From positions 1,783 through 65,782 of the forward strand of contig JAJDWF010000085.1 of the NCBI GenBank assembly GCA_022825745.1: DNA of 64,000 bases, written 5' to 3'. The notes beneath the pieces are model-generated. The model made no database searches and was not told where the DNA came from. It saw only the letters and a list, made by a program, of their open reading frames with translations. Position 1 is the stretch's first letter. Each line of letters begins with the position of its first letter. Shown here one piece after another: positions 9,274-15,101 of the stretch. This stretch comes from Dehalococcoidia bacterium (GTDB taxonomy: Bacteria > Chloroflexota > Dehalococcoidia > Lucifugimonadales > UBA3495). The translations under genes were made by a program, and so were the position numbers.

Positions 9274-9873
9274 TTATTGGAGGCGTAAGCGCATCGCAAC
9301 GGGCTGGATGACGCCGCAGGCGACCGGCGAGTCGGCGATTTCGCGCTCGCCGTGGCCCTGCGGGCCGGCGTGGATTATGACAGATGAACCGTCCTCGTCA
9401 AATAGCGAGTGCGGCTTGCCGGCCTGCAACGTGAGGCCGTCGGTGACGAAATCGGCGCGTGCCGAGCCGTCGGCGTGGGCGTAGATGTTGGGCAGGTCGC
9501 CGCTGTGAAAGCCGTAAACCTCACCCCGTTTCCAGTTCGGATGCACAAACCCGCGTCGCGTTTCGCGAGGCGAAAAATGGCCGCCGGCCGCGCTGAAGTC
9601 GGGAGTGCATGCCCCCACGGCGTGAACGATTACCGCATGCCCGCCCGGCGTCAGACCTTCCACGTCCACCGCAAACAACAGGTGCTCGGCGCTTTCATGC
9701 AGCGTTACCGTTCCCAGGGCATCCCCGGACGGAGACATCATTACGGCCTCGGCAATTAATTCCTCATCCGACACCGCCGGCTGGCCGGAGCGCAACGCTA
9801 TCCAGACCAGTCCGGCGATAACCGCGACCGCGATGACGATGATCAGTAAAGCTGGTTGTGCCCTCATCCTCAT
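9274..9873 (-). CDS. Cu/Zn superoxide dismutase-like (SodC family) protein, membrane-anchored, with a degenerate Cu site
   Basis: Contains the SodC motifs LTPGGHAVIVHAVGAC, AAGGHFSP, FHSGDLPN, VIIHAG and VACGVIQ. An N-terminal TM helix is present. The first Cu-ligand His is replaced by Ile, and the Arg three residues before the C-terminal Cys is replaced by Pro. Confidence 0.8.
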   Translation of the reverse strand: MRMRAQPALLIIVIAVAVIAGLVWIALRSGQPAVSDEELIAEAVMMSPSGDALGTVTLHESAEHLLFAVDVEGLTPGGHAVIVHAVGACTPDFSAAGGHFSPRETRRGFVHPNWKRGEVYGFHSGDLPNIYAHADGSARADFVTDGLTLQAGKPHSLFDEDGSSVIIHAGPQGHGEREIADSPVACGVIQPVAMRLRLQ

Positions 9874-9891
9874 CAGAGCGCCTCCAGGAGC

Positions 9892-9917
9892 GTACTGTCA
9901 TCGTGGAATGACAGTAC
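9892..9917. other. Perfect 10-bp-stem hairpin between the znuA-like and sodC-like genes
   Basis: GTACTGTCAT-cgtgga-ATGACAGTAC. Unusually AT-rich for this genome. It sits in the 48-nt intercistronic gap. Confidence 0.5.
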
Positions 9918-9921
9918 CGGG

Positions 9922-12312
9922 TTATTGGAGCAATTGCGCCAGTGCGTCGGCGTTGGCGCGCATCATGCTGATGTAGTCGGGATGGTCAGCGTCCGGCAGA
10001 GACCGGACGTTCCCCACCGGAATGCCGGCGTCCCGGGCTACCTGGTCCAGGGCATCCTGCGAAAACTGGGGCTCAGCGAAAACGCCGGGCAGTCCCCGGT
10101 CGCCCACCAGGTCCAGCACGCGCACGATGTCGTCGGGCGACACGGCGCCGGCGTGGCTGCCGACGAAGGCCATCACTTCCATGTCGTAACGGGTCCCGAA
10201 GTAGCCGAAAGCGTCGTGGAAGGTAACCATCACCCGGTGGTCCTGCGGAATGCCGGCCAGCGCGTCGGCGATGTAGGCATCCAGCGCCTCCAGCTCGGCG
10301 ATGTAGGCGGCGGCGTTGTCCAGGTACACGCCGGCGTTGTCCGGGTCGGCGGCGACCAAGCCGGTGGCAATCTGGTTGACGTAGTGAACCACCAGGCGCG
10401 GATTGAGCCAGAAATGCGGGTCGCCTTCGCCGTGTTCATGGCCGTGTTCGTCGTGGCCCTCTTCGGGGTGGTCGCCTTCATCCAGAATCCCTACGAAAGC
10501 GATTTTCGTCGGGGTGCCGTCAACGTCCCAGTGTTCCACCACTTCCAGGTCGTGCGGGTCCAGGGCAAGTACCTCTCCGGCGCCGGAGTCGGTGATGAAA
10601 ATGAGGCCGGGAGCGGTGGCGATGTGGGGCCGCGCCCAGAATCCCGGATCAATGTCGTCGGACAAAACCTCATTCGTCGAGGCCAGCAAGTCGGCGTCAT
10701 GGCCGTCGTACAATCGGATTTCGCCGTCGCTCATGACCACGATGAGATATTCGCCATCGTAGCTGAACGCTACCTGTATCGGCCGCAGGGCGTCGGTGGC
10801 GGCGATGAACTGCTCCATCTCGCCCTCTTCGGGTTCCACGATGTACAGGCCGACAGCCGAACCCAGGGCAAGGAAATGGTCCAGGCCCTCATAGCCCCAA
10901 ACGGAGGTCAACCGGAAGTCGTCCGGGGACCCGTCCGGGGCGGCGATGAATTCGTCGTGGTATTCGCCGTCGTGGGCTTCAACCACCAGGACGCCGCCGG
11001 TGCAGCCGAACACGGCCATGTGACCGTTGCTGGCGTCGCCGTGCAGGTCCGGGCAGCCTTCCGCGGAGTGCAGCACGTTGCCGTCCAGGTCGCGGATTTC
11101 CGCGCCGATGGGTCGCCTGTATTCCGTCGGGTTTTGCAGATAATTCGGGTGTTGGATTGAAACCGCGAACAGGTCGCCTTCCAGGGGAACCGCCGCGCCG
11201 TGCTGGGCGCCGACGTTCATCATCACGGGCGCGAAGTCATCGCCCTCGTGTTCCAGTTCATGCTCGTTGATCAGCGCGATGTCGCCGGAACCGTCATAGA
11301 AGATCGTCGCCCATTCACCGCCCACGTACAGATGCACGGGCCGGTCTCCGCTGAGGTCGGTGGGCAGGCGGTGCACGTGTGCCTCCACCAGGTCGAAGTG
11401 GTCTCCGTGCTCTTCCAGGTAGATTCCGCCGTCAAAGATGTGCGCGGTGTTGGCGTCCGAGGACACGGCGATGGCGTAACGCCCGGATCCGCTGGGGTAG
11501 ATGCGGCCGGCTCGCGAACCCAGGTCAAATTCGTCCTGGTGGACCTCGCCGGACTCCAGGTCGATCACCGACAAAGCTCCGGTCTCCCCGTCTCCAACCA
11601 GGAGGCGGCCCATGGCCTCGCCTTCATGTCCTTCTCCTTCCATCGCCTCTTCGCCGTGGCCGTGGCCATCTTCGGGGAAGGGCAGTTCCACCAGTTCCTG
11701 CGGTTCCAGCCCTTCCGATGCGATGACCATGACGGCGTCCGCAGACGCGGCGTTGTCGATCAATTCTTCCACCTGCGCGGACAGGCCACCGCCGTTGCTG
11801 ACGATCACCGTCGCTTCCGAGATGCGGACGCTGTCCTGCGGAGTGCTGTTCCAGGTGTGCGCGTCGCTCCCGATGGGAACTAGGCTATGCACCGAAACGC
11901 GGTCTCCACCCACCTGGGCCACCAGGTCCGCCAGCAGGGCGTTGCCGGCGATCACGTCGATGGGTTCGGCTTCCGGTTGAGCCATCTGCCCCGAGCCGCT
12001 CTGTCCTGACCCGGTCTGCCCCGAAGCCGTCTGCCCGGAGGCTGTCTGTCCCGAGGCTTGGCTGGCCGACGCCTGGCCCGCGTTCGACGACGCGGGAGCG
12101 CTGGTCGCGGACGGGCTGGACGCGGCGCTGGCGGGCGCCGAACCTGCGGGGGCGGACGATTCGGCCGGAGGGAGCGCCGACTCGTCGCCACCGCAGGCGG
12201 TCAAGAAGAGCGCGGCTGCCAGCATGGCGCCGAAAAAGGTCGCCAGCAGCAGCCGGCGGGCCGGCGCGGACGATCTGGCAGCAGCGGAAAGAGGGTTGGA
12301 CCGGTTGTTCAT
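9922..12312 (-). CDS. znuA: Zn/Mn-family metal ABC substrate-binding lipoprotein (ZnuA/AztC-like) with a large beta-propeller insertion in the His-rich loop
   Basis: N-lobe (IDVIAGNALLADLV...SLVP.GSDAHTW) and C-lobe (DPHFWLNP...TFHDAFGYF...EPQFS) of a cluster A-I SBP are split by about 400 aa flanked by His-rich runs. Probable ATG at 12312 (GGAG 9 nt upstream). Lipobox LTAC-GG. Confidence 0.8.
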   Translation of the reverse strand: MNNRSNPLSAAARSSAPARRLLLATFFGAMLAAALFLTACGGDESALPPAESSAPAGSAPASAASSPSATSAPASSNAGQASASQASGQTASGQTASGQTGSGQSGSGQMAQPEAEPIDVIAGNALLADLVAQVGGDRVSVHSLVPIGSDAHTWNSTPQDSVRISEATVIVSNGGGLSAQVEELIDNAASADAVMVIASEGLEPQELVELPFPEDGHGHGEEAMEGEGHEGEAMGRLLVGDGETGALSVIDLESGEVHQDEFDLGSRAGRIYPSGSGRYAIAVSSDANTAHIFDGGIYLEEHGDHFDLVEAHVHRLPTDLSGDRPVHLYVGGEWATIFYDGSGDIALINEHELEHEGDDFAPVMMNVGAQHGAAVPLEGDLFAVSIQHPNYLQNPTEYRRPIGAEIRDLDGNVLHSAEGCPDLHGDASNGHMAVFGCTGGVLVVEAHDGEYHDEFIAAPDGSPDDFRLTSVWGYEGLDHFLALGSAVGLYIVEPEEGEMEQFIAATDALRPIQVAFSYDGEYLIVVMSDGEIRLYDGHDADLLASTNEVLSDDIDPGFWARPHIATAPGLIFITDSGAGEVLALDPHDLEVVEHWDVDGTPTKIAFVGILDEGDHPEEGHDEHGHEHGEGDPHFWLNPRLVVHYVNQIATGLVAADPDNAGVYLDNAAAYIAELEALDAYIADALAGIPQDHRVMVTFHDAFGYFGTRYDMEVMAFVGSHAGAVSPDDIVRVLDLVGDRGLPGVFAEPQFSQDALDQVARDAGIPVGNVRSLPDADHPDYISMMRANADALAQLLQ

Positions 12313-12354
12313 TGTGTTTGACTCCATGGATGCAAAATTGCGTCCTGCTATCAA

Positions 12355-12380
12355 TATGCGGTATCAATAAGATACGCATA
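12355..12380. promoter_or_regulatory. Candidate metalloregulator (Zur) operator upstream of the znuA-like gene
   Basis: 26-nt near-perfect palindrome TATGCGGTATC-AATAA-GATACGCATA. It is flanked by further TATCAAT copies at 12349-12355 and 12392-12398. Confidence 0.45.
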
Positions 12381-12442
12381 CCGATAGACAGTATCAATTA
12401 AGCGCAAAGTTGAGAGAGCGGCTGGACGAATTGGGTTTGGAT

Positions 12443-12907
12443 TCAGTCAGCGCACTCGCCGCAGCGGCCGTAAACTTCCAGCCAATGCCCGCTCATGCGA
12501 AAGCCGGACCGGTCGGCGGCGGCGCGAAGTATGTCCTCGACGTCACAGTCTATCAGGTCGGCGGACGCGCCGCATATGGCGCAGAGCATGTGATGATGAT
12601 GGCCCTGGTGGCTCAACTGGTAACGGAGTTCCCGGTCTTCCAGCAGCACCCGGCATACCTGGTCGGTTTCCACCAGCAAGCGAAGCCCTCGATACACCGT
12701 GGCCCGGCCAACGCAGGGCAGTGCGGCGCACAGATCCTCAGCCGTAAAGGGACGTCCCTGGGCCGCGACGGCGCTGATGACCAGGCGCCGGGGCTCAGTA
12801 TCCCGGTAACCCTGCCTGGCCAACTGGGCAACTATGTCGTCCACCACGGCAGAGGAGATCGGGGCGGGATGGTCGTGACCTCTGTGTTTGAAATTAGTGG
12901 CAACCAA
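12443..12907 (-). CDS. zur: Fur-family transcriptional regulator (probably Zur)
   Basis: 154 aa. Winged-helix region (GRATVYRGLRLL), an HHHH run, and two CxxC pairs (CAIC, CGEC). It lies directly upstream of the zinc-uptake genes. Confidence 0.8.
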   Translation of the reverse strand: MVATNFKHRGHDHPAPISSAVVDDIVAQLARQGYRDTEPRRLVISAVAAQGRPFTAEDLCAALPCVGRATVYRGLRLLVETDQVCRVLLEDRELRYQLSHQGHHHHMLCAICGASADLIDCDVEDILRAAADRSGFRMSGHWLEVYGRCGECAD

Positions 12908-12924
12908 GTGATACTCCGTATCAC
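12908..12924. promoter_or_regulatory. Perfect 7-3-7 palindrome abutting the zur start codon
   Basis: GTGATAC-TCC-GTATCAC. On the coding strand it contains the GGAG RBS. It shares the GATAC/GTATC half-sites with the znuA-upstream palindrome. Confidence 0.45.
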
Positions 12925-13011
12925 GGACATTAACACCTGCTAGTTACCCTGTCAACCGGTTGCCATCGTTCGGCTCTCCGCTCCTGACGCGGTTGCGGTT
13001 AACCCCGGACG

Positions 13012-14289
13012 CTAATCGTCGGCAGCAATGAACAGGTGCTCGACGTGGTGGTTTTCCTGCTCGCAGTCGGATGCGGAACCCTCCAGTTGCAGGGTCAGGT
13101 GCGTCAGGCCGAAATTCTTGGCGATACTCCGCAATCGCACCAGCAATTCGTCCTTGTCCGGCACGGCCGCGTGATCAATCAGCACGTGGGCGGTGAACGC
13201 GTTGTACCCGGAAGTGATGGTCCAGGCATGCACGTCGTGCACCAGCGTTACCCCGGGTACGTCCTCCATGTCGCTGCACAGCTGGATGATGTCCACGTTT
13301 TTCGGCGTCCCTTCCAGCAGCACCTTGAACACGCTCATGAACAGGCCCCACGACACCTTGAGAATCAGCAGGCCGATCAGGATGCTCAGGATGGGGTCCA
13401 CAATCGTCCAGTTGAAGTCCGGCGCGAACCGGGGACCGAATACGATCAGCGCCCCGGAGAGGATCACGCCCACGGAACCGAACAGGTCGGCCATGACGTG
13501 CTGGAACGCCCCCTCCACGTTCAGACTTTCCCCGGCGGCGCGATGCAGCACATACGCCGCGGCAATGTTCACCAGCAGGCCCGCGATCCCGACGCCGAAC
13601 AGCAATGGCCCTTCAATATGCGGGGGGTCAAAGAAACGGTGATAAGCCTCGAAGAAGATCCAGCCCGCAATCAGCCACAGGCTCAGCGTGTTCACCAGGG
13701 CGGCCAGCACCTCGGTTCGATGAAAACCGAACGTGGAACCGGCGGACGCGGGTCGGGCGGACAGCCACATGGCAAAAAGCGCCAGCACGATGGCCGCAGC
13801 GTCCGTGAGCATGTGCGCCGCGTCGGCCAGCAGGGCCAGGCTGCCGGACAGGATCCCGCCCACCACTTCAACAAACATGAACGTCCCAATCAGGGACAGG
13901 GCGATGATCAGGCTGCGTTTGCTGGCGCTCCGCAAGTCGTGGGCATGGTCGTGGTCGTGCCCGGAGTGATCATGCCCGGAGTGATCGTGTCCCTCATGGC
14001 CGTGCCCGGCATGGTCGTGCTCATCGTGGTCATGCCCGGAATGGTCGTGTTCCTCATGGCCATGCGCGGCGTGGCCGTGCCCCGAGTGATCGTGTTCCTC
14101 ATGGCCGTGGCCGGAATGGTCATGCCCGGAGTGATCGTGCTCAGCGTGATCGTGCTCAGCGTGATCGTGCCCAGCATGGTCATGCTCATCGTGGCCGGCG
14201 TGGCCGTGCTCATCGTGGTCATGCTCGGCATGATCGTGCCCCGCATGTTCCTCATGATGGCCGTGTTCGTGCGAGTGTGGCGTGGTCAA
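13012..14289 (-). CDS. Cation diffusion facilitator (CzcD/ZitB-type) exporter with ~118-aa His/Asp/Glu-rich N-terminal extension
   Basis: CDF motifs SLALLADAAHMLTD (TM2) and HVMADLFGS (TM5), plus a C-terminal cytoplasmic domain. TTG start with AAGGAAG RBS. Confidence 0.9.
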   Translation of the reverse strand: MTTPHSHEHGHHEEHAGHDHAEHDHDEHGHAGHDEHDHAGHDHAEHDHAEHDHSGHDHSGHGHEEHDHSGHGHAAHGHEEHDHSGHDHDEHDHAGHGHEGHDHSGHDHSGHDHDHAHDLRSASKRSLIIALSLIGTFMFVEVVGGILSGSLALLADAAHMLTDAAAIVLALFAMWLSARPASAGSTFGFHRTEVLAALVNTLSLWLIAGWIFFEAYHRFFDPPHIEGPLLFGVGIAGLLVNIAAAYVLHRAAGESLNVEGAFQHVMADLFGSVGVILSGALIVFGPRFAPDFNWTIVDPILSILIGLLILKVSWGLFMSVFKVLLEGTPKNVDIIQLCSDMEDVPGVTLVHDVHAWTITSGYNAFTAHVLIDHAAVPDKDELLVRLRSIAKNFGLTHLTLQLEGSASDCEQENHHVEHLFIAADD

Positions 14290-14310
14290 AACCGTAGCTT
14301 CCTTATCGAA

Positions 14311-14348
14311 AAGGGCGGGGCCTCATAGACACGGGAGGCTCCGCCCTT
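14311..14348 (-). terminator. GC-rich hairpin (partial terminator or attenuator) between the HCH-repeat gene and the CDF gene
   Basis: AAGGGCGGGGCC...GGCTCCGCCCTT stem. On the minus strand it is followed by a short T run (CTTTTCG), then the CDF RBS. Confidence 0.45.
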
Positions 14349-14397
14349 TGCATGGCGCTGGGAGTTCTGAATCTTCGTCGCGTCCTCGACGCTCCAC

Positions 14398-14637
14398 TTA
14401 GGCGGCGTGGGCGACGTGGTGGGGGTCCTCCGCAGCCGCGCAGTGCTCGCCGCCGTGGGTGTGGCAGTGTTCCGCGCCATGCTCGTCCAGTTCTTCCGCC
14501 CCGCCGATCGCCAGGCAGGAAGCGTCGCCGTGGGTGTGGCAATGACCGGCCCCGTGCTCGTGGCAATGCTGCCCGCCGTGGTCGTGGCAGTGCTCGCCAG
14601 TATGCTGGTGGCAGTGGTCGTCTTGATGAGTGGTCAT
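14398..14637 (-). CDS. Small cytoplasmic His/Cys-rich HCHxH-repeat protein (putative metal-binding or storage protein)
   Basis: 79 aa with 21 His and 7 Cys. There are five HCH(Q/D/E/T)H motifs at about 8-aa spacing. GGAGGG RBS 4 nt before the ATG, GC3-rich codons, and a hairpin downstream. Confidence 0.7.
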   Translation of the reverse strand: MTTHQDDHCHQHTGEHCHDHGGQHCHEHGAGHCHTHGDASCLAIGGAEELDEHGAEHCHTHGGEHCAAAEDPHHVAHAA

Positions 14638-14660
14638 AAAATCCCTCCGATTTTGTAACT

Positions 14661-14671
14661 ACAGTATCAAT
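14661..14671. promoter_or_regulatory. Operator-like 11-mer shared with the znuA upstream region
   Basis: ACAGTATCAAT occurs here and at 12388-12398 (exact). On the minus strand it overlaps a putative -10 (TATTGA), 17 nt after TTGACT. Confidence 0.4.
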
Positions 14672-14794
14672 AACACGCCTTAATGATAAAGTCAAGCATC
14701 CGGCAGCACACCGGATGAGCCTGCCCGGCGGCTTGACGCTGCGGCGCGCCGGCGTTTATAGTCGGCAGTACCAACCGACCGGGGAGTGTGTGCC

Positions 14795-15037
14795 ATGCCT
14801 ATCTATGAGTATTCGTGTCCCACCTGTGGGCACAGGTTTGAAAAGTTGCAGTCCATGTCCGCCACCGGCGCCGATTGCCCGCACTGTGAGCAGCCGGCCA
14901 AGCGGGCCATCTCCGTGTTCGCCGCGGTGAGCAAGGGCGACGGATTCGCCAGCGACATGGCGGATCTGGGCGGCTCTCCCATGCCGGCCCCAATGGGCGG
15001 CGGAGGATGCGGCGGGTTCTGCGGCTGCGGCCACTGA
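14795..15037 (+). CDS. FmdB-family zinc-ribbon protein
   Basis: The MPIYEYSCPTCGHRFE...CPHC core is the FmdB/CxxC-CxxC signature. The tail is Gly/Cys-rich (GGGGCGGFCGCGH). ATG at 14795 with GGGGAG upstream. Confidence 0.8.
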   Translation: MPIYEYSCPTCGHRFEKLQSMSATGADCPHCEQPAKRAISVFAAVSKGDGFASDMADLGGSPMPAPMGGGGCGGFCGCGH

Positions 15038-15063
15038 CCCGCAGCGCCATCCGATACCGCGTG

Positions 15064-15085
15064 GGGGCGAATATTCATTCGCCCC
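15064..15085. terminator. Repeated palindromic hairpin (copy 1) at a convergent gene junction
   Basis: GGGGCGAAT-ATTC-ATTCGCCCC. An identical 22-mer occurs at 52094-52115. Confidence 0.5.
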
Positions 15086-15101
15086 TTTGCATTTAACGGC
15101 G

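Noticed and set aside
7472-12907. Search for a ZnuC-type ATPase (Walker A GxxGxGK[ST]) hidden in alternative frames of the zinc locus.
   Set aside because: None of the six-frame ORFs in this interval carries a Walker A/B or ABC signature. The absence appears real for this locus.
13936-14289. Short tandem repeats in the His-rich region. Similar regular repeats occur in the GLUG region (33.9-36.5 kb) and at 38397-38460. All were considered as possible CRISPR arrays.
   Set aside because: The repeats are in-frame coding repeats, or contiguous units without unique spacers. No cas genes are present in the window.
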